DNA of 64,000 nt, from the sequence record DRR378314_17, one strand, 5' to 3'. This document shows positions 38,330 to 49,234 of this stretch, piece after piece. The position numbers and the translations under genes were made by a program. Position 1 is the first letter of the stretch, and every line of letters begins with the position of its first letter. Below the pieces are notes generated by a model. The model made no database searches and was not told where the DNA came from. It saw nothing but the letters and a program-made list of their open reading frames with translations.

Positions 38330-41300
38330 TCAGAACCCGCTTGGGCAGTCAAAACCCGAGAACATCGACAGATCAAATGGATTGTCTACTGAATTGGCCC
38401 GCAGATCAAAATCTGCCTTATATCCGCTTGCCGAAAGACTGAGGCGGAACACCTCGGGCAGGGTGGTCGGCGACAGACGTCCAGCCCGGATCAGACGCAG
38501 AAACGCCCACGAGCCAGTCTGCGAAGTGATCACTTCGGTCGAGCCATCCACCGGAGAAAAGCTTATTGTGATCATGTTTGTGCCATCCGGTCCGGGCCAT
38601 GTCATTGGCATCGGCCGCGCCGCCGCGTTGAAATAGCTGAGTGTCTGTCCATCCAGGCTTAGGGTGACGCGGCTTGCATTGGCCGACAGGTCTTTGGGTT
38701 CCAGTGCGAAGGACATTACTGGACCCGCACCGCCGGGGAACAGGGCCTGCCGCATGGCGCGTGCGTTCTGGAACGGGGACAGCGATGCCGGATCCAGACC
38801 CAGATCATTCCGCCAGCTCCAGGGTTGGGTCGTGGTATCGATATAAGGGGCCAGGTGGTTGTCTGTGAAACTGTCAATCAGGCCACCGGGCCCGAACAGC
38901 CGAGCGAAATCGGCGGTATTCACATCAATCGAACTGGAAGGATCGAATGGGTAACGACCCCTTGTGGCAGAAATACAAAACGGCATCACATCTGCCCGCC
39001 ACCGCGCGCTGAGCCCGGCGATTATTGCTTCGCGTGTGAATTCGATCGTGTCGCCGGCAATGCCGCGCACCCAGTCGTTGATCGGGGCGGGCAGGAATTG
39101 CGCCTCGTCTGCGATAGCGCCCGTCAAAACCGGCAACCCGCCACGCGCCAATAATTCTGCCTGAGGGTTGGCCCCGGCAGATACGGTCTGAAGTTCGTTA
39201 TACAAAGCGGTCAGCGCGACGGTTGTGTCACCGATAAGCGGTGGTTGGCCTTCGACTTCTTCCACGACACTGCGAATGGGCTTGAAGTGATCAGCTACCG
39301 GCGCACCGGGTAAGGCGGCGGTTGCGCCTCCGCCAGGTCCGACTATCTTGGATCCTTTTTTGGCCAGTTTGCCAACTTTGCCCAGCTTTTTGGTCGCGAG
39401 GTTCAACAACCCTTTGGGTGGTCCGCCGCCGCCCTCGGCAGCTTCAACACGGGTCAGATGAGTTTGTGCCACAACCTCGAGCAACAAGCGCCTGAGGGCA
39501 CTGTCATCCGAGGACAGATCCTTGAGGTTGACACGCGCGGTATTCAGATCGGTGATCGGGGCCAGCCGGATATCCCGCAGGAAACTGTCCCACTGGGCCA
39601 CATAGTCGTCGTAATACAGCTTCAGGATATCCGCCTCGAGCAGGGTTGTGGTCGTTTCCGAGCTTTCAGCACATCCGCCTTGGAATACAGCGCGGTCCAG
39701 AATGGCCTGTGCGGCCACATCGGGTACAGCAGGCAGGACGGTTTTATGGAATCCATCATAGGTAAAAGCACCCGGCAGCCCCACCCGCAGGGTTTTTTCG
39801 GACAGCCGTGTCAGAACCCGCGTCCCATTGGGGCCGGTATGTTCGGCTGGTATCCATTCCTCTAGCCCCGAAATCTGGGGTTGCCGCATTAGTGACCGAT
39901 AAGCCCGGATCGCAAGCGGGATTGTGCAGATGCTTTCCAAAGCAGTGTTCACAAGTGCCGGATCGGGATCAATGCGGTCTTCTTCATTGGCCATGCGGGC
40001 TATGGCGGCCAGCTGATGATCGACGGCGTCTTGCGTTGGGAAAACATCGATGGGTGCATATTCAGGCAGATCCACCTGCCACCATTCAGCGATGAAATCT
40101 GCATCATAGGCGGCCAGCCCGGTCATCATCTGATAGGTTTTTAAAGCACCCAGCAGAAAATCAGGATCGCGGGAATGGCGCCACATCGTCGCCTCCAGCG
40201 TAGCCACCATACGTGGTTCCAGAATGTTGCGCAGCGTATGGTCATAGGCCAATGACTGTGCCTTACCTAATTCAGCCTCGGCTGTGGGGCCGAAGATGGT
40301 CATAAGCCCGGTCTGCACGGGGCTGTTCGAATTTGCAGTTTCAGTGGCCGCGTCCAGAGCCAAATCAAGATCTAAGGGATCGGTCGGGGCCTGACGTGCG
40401 GCGACATTGGCCAGCCTTGCATTCAGCTTTGTCAGTTGCCGTTCCTGATCGGTCAATCCGCCAGAGTATCGCAAGTAGGAGAACGTGAACATCAAGGCAG
40501 TCAGTACCGTGACCAGCGTCGCAGCTGCCAGTGTGCCGCGGAATACCCACCGCCGACGATCCTCGGCACGCGGGTCGAATGTGCCCAGCCCGGCCTCTTT
40601 GAACACAACCTCAGTCAGCAGATTGCGCAGGAAGAAGGATCGCTTTTCCCCCATCGCACGGGGTTTGGGGGGTGTGACAGGCAGGCCCAATGATTGGCTC
40701 ATTCCGGTGATCATCTGATCAATGGGTGAGCCTTCCTGCGTGGCTGATGTCAGGTAAAACCCGCGTAGCCACGGGCTGTCCTCATAGCGGCTTTCACCAA
40801 AAACGGCGTCGATCAGATGTTTGATTGGTCCGCTCAATTGATCCAGCTGGCTGGGAAAACGGAAAGCTGCGCCGCGCTGATCCAGCGGCAGGTCCGAACC
40901 CATGCGTCCGACCAAGCGGTCTTCCAATTCGGATTGCAGGGCGCGGGTCTCACGGTCAATTGCAACACTGTCCACCCGTGCATCGGTGGGTAGGGTTGCG
41001 CCCCAAACCTGTTCGCGGTCGCGCGTGGACAAATCCGCAAAGAACGGCTCAAAACCCGGGATCAGATCGGCCTTGGTGATCATCAGATAGACCGGCAATT
41101 GCAGGCCCAGTTCGTCCTGCAGTTCGATCAGGCGTTTGCGCAACTCGCGCCCATGTTCACGGATCGAGGCTTCGGACCCGGCAAGTTCCTGCACCGACAA
41201 GGTCAGGATCACGCCATTCAGCGCGCGCCGGCCGCGATGCTTGGTTAGCAGTTCCAGAAACCCTTTCCATTCGGCGGCATCAACCTCAGCATCGCTTTGT

Positions 41301-41863
41301 TGCTGAACATAACGGCCGGCGGTGTCGACCAGAACGGCCTCTTCGGTAAAGAACCAGTCGCAGTTGCGGGTCCCGCCGACGCCTTTCAGATCATCAGACA
41401 GATCGATCGGGAAATGCAGACCGGAATTGCGCAATGCTGCTGTCTTGCCGGTGCCGGGGGGGCCAATGAACAGATACCAAGGCATATCGCGCAGGAATTT
41501 GCGACCGCCCAGTTTCGACCGTTTCATCTGATCCATGATCTCGGCGAATTTGGCGTTTACCTCGGCGATGTTTTCCTCACCCGGTGCACCGGGTTCTTCC
41601 GGTGGGGTGGCGGCCAGTTCGGCGACAAACATGCGATTGGCGCGCGCCGCTTTGATCTGTTTGTACAGCAATCGCAGTAGCCAGAGGATCCAGATGACGC
41701 CGATGGTAATGGTGCGAGAAAGGTCGCTTTCCAGCGGCGCGGTCTCGCCGAATTTCAGCAATCCGCCGAACAGCCAGATCAGTGCCGACAGCAGACACAG
41801 GCCGATAATTGTCCACAACAGGCGGGAAAAGAGAAAGCCGAAGATTGCTTTGACAACGCCCAT
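38330..41863 (-). CDS. tssM: T6SS membrane complex protein TssM
   Basis: Motifs PWYLFIGPPGTGKT, TRNCDWFF, DTAGRY and LRGFYLTSATQEG. Confidence 0.97.
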   Translation of the reverse strand: MGVVKAIFGFLFSRLLWTIIGLCLLSALIWLFGGLLKFGETAPLESDLSRTITIGVIWILWLLRLLYKQIKAARANRMFVAELAATPPEEPGAPGEENIAEVNAKFAEIMDQMKRSKLGGRKFLRDMPWYLFIGPPGTGKTAALRNSGLHFPIDLSDDLKGVGGTRNCDWFFTEEAVLVDTAGRYVQQQSDAEVDAAEWKGFLELLTKHRGRRALNGVILTLSVQELAGSEASIREHGRELRKRLIELQDELGLQLPVYLMITKADLIPGFEPFFADLSTRDREQVWGATLPTDARVDSVAIDRETRALQSELEDRLVGRMGSDLPLDQRGAAFRFPSQLDQLSGPIKHLIDAVFGESRYEDSPWLRGFYLTSATQEGSPIDQMITGMSQSLGLPVTPPKPRAMGEKRSFFLRNLLTEVVFKEAGLGTFDPRAEDRRRWVFRGTLAAATLVTVLTALMFTFSYLRYSGGLTDQERQLTKLNARLANVAARQAPTDPLDLDLALDAATETANSNSPVQTGLMTIFGPTAEAELGKAQSLAYDHTLRNILEPRMVATLEATMWRHSRDPDFLLGALKTYQMMTGLAAYDADFIAEWWQVDLPEYAPIDVFPTQDAVDHQLAAIARMANEEDRIDPDPALVNTALESICTIPLAIRAYRSLMRQPQISGLEEWIPAEHTGPNGTRVLTRLSEKTLRVGLPGAFTYDGFHKTVLPAVPDVAAQAILDRAVFQGGCAESSETTTTLLEADILKLYYDDYVAQWDSFLRDIRLAPITDLNTARVNLKDLSSDDSALRRLLLEVVAQTHLTRVEAAEGGGGPPKGLLNLATKKLGKVGKLAKKGSKIVGPGGGATAALPGAPVADHFKPIRSVVEEVEGQPPLIGDTTVALTALYNELQTVSAGANPQAELLARGGLPVLTGAIADEAQFLPAPINDWVRGIAGDTIEFTREAIIAGLSARWRADVMPFCISATRGRYPFDPSSSIDVNTADFARLFGPGGLIDSFTDNHLAPYIDTTTQPWSWRNDLGLDPASLSPFQNARAMRQALFPGGAGPVMSFALEPKDLSANASRVTLSLDGQTLSYFNAAARPMPMTWPGPDGTNMITISFSPVDGSTEVITSQTGSWAFLRLIRAGRLSPTTLPEVFRLSLSASGYKADFDLRANSVDNPFDLSMFSGFDCPSGF

Positions 41864-41865
41864 TC

Positions 41866-43221
41866 TCAGACCCTCTTCTGCACGATGATTTCGACACGGC
41901 GATTTCGGGCCCGGCCATCTTTGGTGCTGTTGTCGGCAATAGGTTCTGCAGCCGCGCGCCCTTCGACCGAGATTAGATCGGCAGGGACACCGGCAGCGAT
42001 CAGAAGCTCAGCTATCTTGGCAGCGCGTGCTTCGGACAGGCCTTGGTTGGACTGGAACGGATTGGAGCGTTGAACCGGGATGCTGTCGGTGTGGCCGACA
42101 ATGCGCAGTTTCCCGATGATCTCCTGATTATCCAGAATGACGCTGGCGATTGATTGCACCAGCGTTGTGTATTGCGGGTTCAGATCAGCTTTGGCAGAGC
42201 GAAATACCTCGGGATTGGTGGCCTGCATGACCACAATGGCCAGCGAGACATCTTCTCGGCCGGAAAGCGCAGATACGGTCTCTGTCGGCGCGGCCTGTGC
42301 GAACAGGGGCAACAGTTCAATGAGCAGCGGTTCGGGGATCGGGGCAGGTTCTTTAACGGTCTCGATAATTGGACGGAAAATAGATGCGCGTTCAGGTGGC
42401 GGCAGCACCTCGGCAAGCGCATATAGCTGCTCGCCCTTGTTTGACAATCGAATGCCAAGACCGACATAAACCAAAGCCATAAAGGCAACGGCGATCAGGC
42501 CGACTGCCCACAGTGGAACAATGAATCCCGGATTGTCATGATCGGCGACAACGCCCTGCCAATGGGGCGATAAAGCCTTGTCGTCGGCATCGCGATCGGT
42601 CAGCGCCCGGGCCAGTTGGGAACGAAGCTGCGTCAGCGCAGCCTCACCGCTGGCCCCGGTCAGGCGGTGCTTGCCGCGAAACCCTAGCGACAGGCAGAGG
42701 AATGCCAGCTCGGTCAGATGCGGGTCGCGTTCGGGAAACCGCAGCAGATCTTCAGTCAGTTCAAAGAACCGTTCACCCGCGTCGACATTGCCATAAAGTT
42801 CCGCCACGAGCGGCATTCTTGGCCAACCCGAATTACCGCCCCAGGGCGTGTTCAACGCAATGTCGTCCAGAAGGGCGGCAACGAACCAGGCACCCTTGTC
42901 GGCCTGGCCCAGCGATAGCCCGGACGAAACCGCGCTGTCGCGCGCATAAGTCAGGTTATCCAACAATCGGGCGCGCAGAACCTCGGGATTTTCTGGGGCC
43001 GAAGCGGATTCAAGCTCGGGCGCTAATCCGAGCAGTGGAGAAAACGCATTGACGAACGGATTGTCCGAGTCCCGCGCATCTCGTAGCCGTGCATCGGAAA
43101 CCGGCACGGTTGCTTCCGAATGGCCGTGTTGCGACGCCGCGGCTTCGCGCTTTTTCGACACCGGTCGAATGCGGGTGCGGCCAGCATCTTGACCCAGACC
43201 AAATGGATCATCCTTTGTCAT
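41866..43221 (-). CDS. tssL: T6SS TssL (DotU) with a C-terminal OmpA domain
   Basis: Motifs ALLDD..NTPWG, GERFF and CLSLGFRG; TM helix; GHTD and RNRRVEI. Confidence 0.95.
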   Translation of the reverse strand: MTKDDPFGLGQDAGRTRIRPVSKKREAAASQHGHSEATVPVSDARLRDARDSDNPFVNAFSPLLGLAPELESASAPENPEVLRARLLDNLTYARDSAVSSGLSLGQADKGAWFVAALLDDIALNTPWGGNSGWPRMPLVAELYGNVDAGERFFELTEDLLRFPERDPHLTELAFLCLSLGFRGKHRLTGASGEAALTQLRSQLARALTDRDADDKALSPHWQGVVADHDNPGFIVPLWAVGLIAVAFMALVYVGLGIRLSNKGEQLYALAEVLPPPERASIFRPIIETVKEPAPIPEPLLIELLPLFAQAAPTETVSALSGREDVSLAIVVMQATNPEVFRSAKADLNPQYTTLVQSIASVILDNQEIIGKLRIVGHTDSIPVQRSNPFQSNQGLSEARAAKIAELLIAAGVPADLISVEGRAAAEPIADNSTKDGRARNRRVEIIVQKRV

Positions 43222-44558
43222 GGTTTGCGGCTCACGGCGTAGCAGTCGATATCAGGGTCTCGCTCCAGTTTTCCCGCCACCCCCAGAACAAAGCCTGGCG
43301 CGTCGGCCAATGCCGCCCAATGTTCCGAGTTGCGGTCAAGCTCCAGACACAGCCTGTCACCGTCATATGGAATTTCGCGCGGCTGTGAATGAAGAGGCTT
43401 TAGCGGGATGCCCGGCAGCTTGGATTTCCATAGATCGTCGAAATCACTGGCGGCGCCAACCGTGGCCTGATTGATGAAAATCTTGCGCATCATCTCTTCG
43501 GACATGTCGCCACCGACACGAATGACGATGCGGTTGCTTTCGATAATCTCGGGGTTGTCGATGCGTACCGTCCAGATGTTGTCGGCATGCCGTTTGACGG
43601 CCAGCGCGCGCGATTTTGGCTCCACATGCAGCAGTGACAGCACCAGCGACCGCAGCGTGTCGGTCAGGGCATCGAAGGCTGGTTGCGGGTCTGTGTGATC
43701 GTAGACCGGGAATTCGGCCAGCCTGCGCGAGGATGAGCCAAATGTAGCCATCTGGCCAGCCAGCCCGGAAAGCTCCATGAACAGGTCCGAAGGGTGGATG
43801 TTATTTTGCGCAAGGATATGAGCCATGCGGGGTCGCGCAGCATTCGCTAGCTGCAAGATCAACAGGTTCTCCATTGATGCACCGGTGCCACCCAGAACCA
43901 TTTTACCATGCGCCTCTGCAATCCGATCAAGACCGGTTACCAATTCCTTTAGAAAAGCGGCGTATCCTGGCTGCGCCCCTAGCGTCAGAGCAGGGGCCAG
44001 GAACCCCGCAGCCAATGTCACGGCACCGTCAGAGTTCAACCCGTTGATGCGCGCGATTGGCAATATGGTGTAGCCTGCGGCGTCGTCACCGGGCAGCAAC
44101 AGCCGAGGGGCAAGACGGGCCACTTCCATGTCGGTAGGATCAGCCCCGCCACGAATGGTATCGCGCACCGTTATGATCTCTCCCCGATAGCGTGTGCCCG
44201 AAGGGTCGGCATGGCTGGGGTCAATCTGCGCGGCATCAGCCCGTTCCAGGGGCACGGCCAATTGCACCAACCCCGCTTCGGTATCCGCGCTGACCTGAAC
44301 GGGTGGCACTGCAGCGGTGCTGTTAGGTATTGAGAAAACAGTGCCGTCGGGCAGGATACCTTCGGCCTGCTCAATGCCGACAAGCCCGGCCTCAAGCGCA
44401 TTGTGGTCCAGTGTAAGGGTTCCGAACCCCCAGCTCTGCAGCGGTGTGGCGCGGATTGCGCGGCGGGTCAGCCATTCGTGGTGGCGATCCTGCTGTTGTA
44501 GATGTTGTGTTCGCAGGAACAGTCCTTCGGACCAGACCACCTTGTTGCTATCGGTCAT
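43218..44558 (-). CDS. tssK: T6SS baseplate protein TssK
   Basis: KVVWSEGLFLRTQHLQQQDR. Confidence 0.96.
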   Translation of the reverse strand: MTDSNKVVWSEGLFLRTQHLQQQDRHHEWLTRRAIRATPLQSWGFGTLTLDHNALEAGLVGIEQAEGILPDGTVFSIPNSTAAVPPVQVSADTEAGLVQLAVPLERADAAQIDPSHADPSGTRYRGEIITVRDTIRGGADPTDMEVARLAPRLLLPGDDAAGYTILPIARINGLNSDGAVTLAAGFLAPALTLGAQPGYAAFLKELVTGLDRIAEAHGKMVLGGTGASMENLLILQLANAARPRMAHILAQNNIHPSDLFMELSGLAGQMATFGSSSRRLAEFPVYDHTDPQPAFDALTDTLRSLVLSLLHVEPKSRALAVKRHADNIWTVRIDNPEIIESNRIVIRVGGDMSEEMMRKIFINQATVGAASDFDDLWKSKLPGIPLKPLHSQPREIPYDGDRLCLELDRNSEHWAALADAPGFVLGVAGKLERDPDIDCYAVSRKP

Positions 44559-44581
44559 GCGCAGTCGGCTCCTTGTGCGGC

Positions 44582-45028
44582 TCAGGCGTCCTGAAGTTGC
44601 AGACCCGAGGGTCCGGCGGAGAGAATTACTCCGGCGTTGTTGCTTGGTGCGGGTGTTTTGGCGCGGAACTGCTTGCCCGCCGGGTCGCGGAAGGCGGCTA
44701 CCACGCCAACAACCGTTGTCTCTGGTTGCATTGTAAGGGTTTTGGTCGCAACTGCGCCCGGTGTCAGCACGATCTGATCGGCCTTGACCAGTTCGCTACC
44801 CAAGGCGGCCGTTGGGTCCTGCAATGCGAAGAAATCCGCGCTGTCAAAAGCACCGGTGCCCGACATCTGCAGCAGGAAGATGGTCAGCGGGCGTTCCTGC
44901 CCGTCAGACCCGGGATTGGCACCAGGCATTCCTTGGGCCGACACGGTCAGAGTACCTGGCTTCTTGCAGGCTGAAATGGTCAGCGTCGCGGCGACGCCGC
45001 CGATGAATATACGTCGGTTCAGTCTCAT
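44582..45028 (-). CDS. tssJ: T6SS lipoprotein TssJ
   Basis: Lipobox ISAC; NP...P, ADFFAL and GVVAAFRD motifs. Confidence 0.92.
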   Translation of the reverse strand: MRLNRRIFIGGVAATLTISACKKPGTLTVSAQGMPGANPGSDGQERPLTIFLLQMSGTGAFDSADFFALQDPTAALGSELVKADQIVLTPGAVATKTLTMQPETTVVGVVAAFRDPAGKQFRAKTPAPSNNAGVILSAGPSGLQLQDA

Positions 45029-45033
45029 CTCTG

Positions 45034-46344
45034 CTAACTCCCTTTGGTTTCATATGCATCGCGAAAATCTGCGCCAACCTCACCCAAAAACCTCTCTTCT
45101 GCGGCTTTGGCTATGTCCTGATATCGTTCCTGATACAGCTGCCACATCTTGGCCGAGCGACCACCCGCCACGATCTGTTCCAGAATACCGGTATCCTCCA
45201 TTTCGCGTTCGACTTCTTCGGGATCGAACCGGTCGATCATTCGGCGCAGCGCTGTTTGCAAGGCTTTCCAGGTGCGTATCTGGTGGTCGGCCAGATCACG
45301 ATAGGCCCCAGTCACGGCCAGATCGCCGGGAAGATAACTGGCGTCGCGACCGCGAATGATCGACAAGAGGGCCTCGTCCGTGCTGGCCAGGAATTTCAGT
45401 GGGTTTACATCCGAATTGGCAATGACGGTCTGTGCTACGCGAATTTTCTGCTTTTCCTGCGCCCTGGTGCGCAACAGGAACATCAGCCCTTCGACGCTTT
45501 CGCGCAGGCGGGCACCGATGGCCTCGATTTCCTCAGTCGTGGCCTGCGCGGCGTCTTCCTCTGACAGGCCCAGGCCCCGAAACAGGGCAGCGCGCAGATC
45601 AGATTCTGCGACGGATGGCTGTGGCTTGACCGATGGTTCGGGCTTGGGGGCGTGGTCAAGCGTCACTTCGATCGGTGGCATGGGTTCGGGCCGATGCTCA
45701 ACGTGATCCGGGCCGCGATTTTTGCGTGGCTCGGCTTCTGGCGCATCGTCGAAATATCGGCTTACAGAAGGTGAAGGCGCGCGCACGGGTTCGGGTCGAG
45801 CGTTGAGGTCAAGCTCGAACGGGTCGCGCTGATCCAGCGGACGGGGCGGTAGGGCGGGCTCGTCCGGTTCGGCCCATTTGCCCCAATCATCAGATGTGCT
45901 TTTGGTGCCGAACGGATCAGGCAGGTCTTTGGGCCTTTCCTTGGGCGAGTTGTCCTGTATCTCAGGTGTACCGAAATCGAAAAAAGTGTCGCTGGATGAT
46001 GGGGGTTGAGGGGCTTTTTGCACTTCTGCCCCGTGCAAGTCGATGCAAATGACGAAATCGCCAAGCCGCAACCGCATCTGGTGTTCCAGTTTGACGCTGT
46101 TGCCGGTGCCCAGAGGTTCGCTGGACCCATCAATGAACAACCCGCCAGAACTGGCATCCAGTGCGGTTAGCTCGCCACTTTCATCGGTCAGGATCAAATG
46201 TCGGCGCGAGATAAACATTTCAGGATCGTCCAACCGCCAGTCACAATCGTCGCCACGCCCGATCACCATCTGTCCACCCAGATAGGTTTTCTGCGTTTCG
46301 CTTTGCGCGTGAGGTGCGCTTTCGAGTGTTAGAGTCACGCTCAT
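45034..46344 (-). CDS. tagH: T6SS FHA-domain protein TagH/Fha
   Basis: IGR..CDWRLDDPEMFISRRH (FHA), NPLKF and RFDP. Confidence 0.93.
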   Translation of the reverse strand: MSVTLTLESAPHAQSETQKTYLGGQMVIGRGDDCDWRLDDPEMFISRRHLILTDESGELTALDASSGGLFIDGSSEPLGTGNSVKLEHQMRLRLGDFVICIDLHGAEVQKAPQPPSSSDTFFDFGTPEIQDNSPKERPKDLPDPFGTKSTSDDWGKWAEPDEPALPPRPLDQRDPFELDLNARPEPVRAPSPSVSRYFDDAPEAEPRKNRGPDHVEHRPEPMPPIEVTLDHAPKPEPSVKPQPSVAESDLRAALFRGLGLSEEDAAQATTEEIEAIGARLRESVEGLMFLLRTRAQEKQKIRVAQTVIANSDVNPLKFLASTDEALLSIIRGRDASYLPGDLAVTGAYRDLADHQIRTWKALQTALRRMIDRFDPEEVEREMEDTGILEQIVAGGRSAKMWQLYQERYQDIAKAAEERFLGEVGADFRDAYETKGS

Positions 46345-47393
46345 GCCGCGACCTTTTTGTCAGGGGTATCCCCCCAGTTTTCAGTGATGCGCGGCACGCA
46401 AAGATCGTCTGCGTCCCGGCCCATCACCGGATTGAGCCACGTTGTGCGCCCCAATTGGCATGTGCCAAGCCGGGCCTCAGGCACGTCACCAGCGTGCAGG
46501 ATCAAACGTAGGTCGAACTCGGTCTCGCGTCCGGCTGCAAAAACGACGGCATGACACAGTCGTTCCCACAGATCCGGATCTTCCAGAAACGCCGCAAACT
46601 GATCGAAACGCAGCGGTCCAACGCGCAGCTCGGCCCGAGAGAGACGATCGAAGCTGCGTGCGCCAACAACGGCCTCGGTGCCCAGACCCGAATGGGTTTG
46701 ACCCAGACGGGTTTGCAGTGCATCAGGCAGATCTATCCAAACGCCGACAAATTCTTCAAGCGTCACCGGCGCATCGATGACGGATTCGATAAATGCGGTC
46801 AGGCGTTCCGGACTATGGCGTTCCTGTACCAACGATGTTGCGTGGCGCAGTTTAGCATCATTGAGCTTTTCATCATCAGACAAAGTACCGGGCAGGCCAA
46901 GCCCCGCCAGAGCCTGTAACATGGCAGTTACTCGCCCACCGTCCTCATGCGCCATGTGGATTTCCGGACGCGCATCGGCCCATGCGCGCCAGTAGAAGGC
47001 CAGCATCCGATGCTGAAGCATGTTGACGAGGTCCAGAAAGGACGTGTCTGCCAACGCGCCGGCATTGTCGCCAGCAAACCAGCGGTTCGACAAACGCTCG
47101 CGCACCCATCGGGTCAGGTGCAGCGGCATCGGTCCTTCGGGACCTAGCAATCCCAAAACATTGACTGAAACCTGCGGCACGCCGCCCTCCGGCACGTTCA
47201 GGCTGGCTACATCTTGGGTAGCAAATCCCTGCCGTGGAGATTGCCCCAGCCGCGCGGGCTCGTTTGCGGGTCCGCCCGAGCGACCAAACCTTAGACCTTC
47301 AGTTTCCAGCTGCGCCAGCATCTGAAAGAAATCCATCTCGGTGATGTTTTGTTCCGCTAAATCAGGCTGCGCGTGCCGGGCGTCATCGGCCAT
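46341..47393 (-). CDS. tssG: T6SS baseplate protein TssG
   Basis: Motifs GLLGPEGPMPLHLT and FYWRAW. Confidence 0.95.
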   Translation of the reverse strand: MADDARHAQPDLAEQNITEMDFFQMLAQLETEGLRFGRSGGPANEPARLGQSPRQGFATQDVASLNVPEGGVPQVSVNVLGLLGPEGPMPLHLTRWVRERLSNRWFAGDNAGALADTSFLDLVNMLQHRMLAFYWRAWADARPEIHMAHEDGGRVTAMLQALAGLGLPGTLSDDEKLNDAKLRHATSLVQERHSPERLTAFIESVIDAPVTLEEFVGVWIDLPDALQTRLGQTHSGLGTEAVVGARSFDRLSRAELRVGPLRFDQFAAFLEDPDLWERLCHAVVFAAGRETEFDLRLILHAGDVPEARLGTCQLGRTTWLNPVMGRDADDLCVPRITENWGDTPDKKVAA

Positions 47394-49234
47394 GCTATCT
47401 CCTGTTGTTGCTGGGTCAGATGCGAACGGGTGCGGATAAACGAGTTGATGCCGACGTGGCGCGCAAAAAGCCGAGACAGCAGGGCTGACAGCAACAGCGT
47501 GCTGTGGCCTGACAGAACCGTTTCGTCGATGTCGAGTGTGATTTCCACCCCGTGGCCAAAGCAGATTGGGCCGGGGCGCAGGATACGTTCGATCACTGGA
47601 CGCGACTGAACACGTGTTAAGGACCGACCATGACGCTCCAGCGTCGGATCACCTCGGTCGGCATATAGCATTAGCAACGCGCGCAAGGGTTCGCTATCGC
47701 GACCTTCGGCAGCCAACGAGATGTGGTTCAGGCTCAGTTGTGAAATCCAACGCCAGGTCAGATCGTCCATCTTGCGCTCGGACCCAGACCCCGAGGGCAG
47801 CGCGGATCGCAGGGACGGGCGTGGGCGTTTGAAGGCGCTCAGCAGATCGACTTTCCCTACCGGATCGCCCGTTTCAAGCGTCAATACAGGGTTGTCGTCA
47901 AGTATGGGCAAATCACGATTGGTGCAAAGCGCCCGGATGTCCAGACGTTTGATGCCGCCACCGCTGGTCAATCCTGCCGGGTGCGTCACCGAGATAAACA
48001 GATCATCACCAGTATAACTGGTGCGAGTTTGGCCGCGTCTGATTTCATCTTCGCCGGGCCGTCGCGGACGCCGTTCCACTGAATAGACATACCCGGAATC
48101 CGAGCGCTGCTCGACCGAGAATATCGGCGTTACGCGGGCTTGCGGGCCACTGTTTTCGGCATCCTCAACGCGGATCAGGCGATAGATTTCATAATCCCGT
48201 GGCCGGGTTCGATCGGCATGAACGACATGCGCCGATTTTTGTGGGTCAAGCTGGACCAGATTGCATTCGCGCTCGAATAGATTGACCAGCGGAGTGGTGA
48301 ACAGCTGAAAATCCTTAGGCTTCACATCGTTGAGCGCGGGTTGTTCCTTGTCCAGCAGGATCACCAGCTCGATGCTGGTTCCGGTACAGGTTTCCACAGC
48401 ACCCGATAAGCCCGACAAACGGGCATAGTGAAACCGTTCCGGCATCAGGAAGTATTCCCGCAGCAATCTGTAGCCTTCGAACGCGTGGCGCACCTTGGGG
48501 GTCAGCGCCTCATCATCCCGGATACCGACCATGGCCGGAGTCGGGGCTGGCTGAAAACGGGCATTCCGATCGGCCGGGCGCACCATCATGCGGTGTCCGA
48601 ACCCAAATATCGCATCAAAGATCGCACCCGCGCGACTGCTGGTGCCAAAATAGATATCCAGACTGTCCAGACTCAGATCGGACATCAGGCCTGGGCCGGT
48701 GCGGGTCAGTTCGATCCGCAATCCGGCTTGCGGTTGTGTTCCGGGTTGATCCTTGATCCCCGCTTCGCGCAACGCGCCGGGATCCTGTAGGTATTCGACC
48801 TTTGAAATCTTGACCGGCCACAGATGCACCGCCTGAGCGGTGGTAAAAGTTGAACGGGTGGTCAACCCGTCGCGTAGGCCCGATACCAGCCTTGTACCAC
48901 GGACAACCTCGTGTCCGCCGACCATACTGTCGATCTGAGGGCCAGGGGCAAGACGCGCCATCGACATGGCGGGGCTGGGACCGGCCAAATCGGGGTAAAG
49001 CGTATCCAGCAGGTTGCGCACATAGCGGCTGGCCTCGCCATCGACTTTCAGTCGCGTTCGTGCGCCCAAAAAGGCAACGCCTTCCAGCAGCCGTTCCACA
49101 TAAGGATCGGGGCAGGGGGCGCTTTCAATCGATAGATTACGCGCCACATTCGGATGGATCGCGGCAAACTCTCCGGCCAGTTCCCGGATGTGTGTAAGTT
49201 CTTCTTCGTAATATGCCAGAAATGCACGATCCAT
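47357..49234 (-). CDS. tssF: T6SS baseplate protein TssF
   Basis: Motifs YYEEEL, CPDPYVERLLEG and GYRLLREYF. Confidence 0.96.
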   Translation of the reverse strand: MDRAFLAYYEEELTHIRELAGEFAAIHPNVARNLSIESAPCPDPYVERLLEGVAFLGARTRLKVDGEASRYVRNLLDTLYPDLAGPSPAMSMARLAPGPQIDSMVGGHEVVRGTRLVSGLRDGLTTRSTFTTAQAVHLWPVKISKVEYLQDPGALREAGIKDQPGTQPQAGLRIELTRTGPGLMSDLSLDSLDIYFGTSSRAGAIFDAIFGFGHRMMVRPADRNARFQPAPTPAMVGIRDDEALTPKVRHAFEGYRLLREYFLMPERFHYARLSGLSGAVETCTGTSIELVILLDKEQPALNDVKPKDFQLFTTPLVNLFERECNLVQLDPQKSAHVVHADRTRPRDYEIYRLIRVEDAENSGPQARVTPIFSVEQRSDSGYVYSVERRPRRPGEDEIRRGQTRTSYTGDDLFISVTHPAGLTSGGGIKRLDIRALCTNRDLPILDDNPVLTLETGDPVGKVDLLSAFKRPRPSLRSALPSGSGSERKMDDLTWRWISQLSLNHISLAAEGRDSEPLRALLMLYADRGDPTLERHGRSLTRVQSRPVIERILRPGPICFGHGVEITLDIDETVLSGHSTLLLSALLSRLFARHVGINSFIRTRSHLTQQQQEIAWPMTPGTRSLI

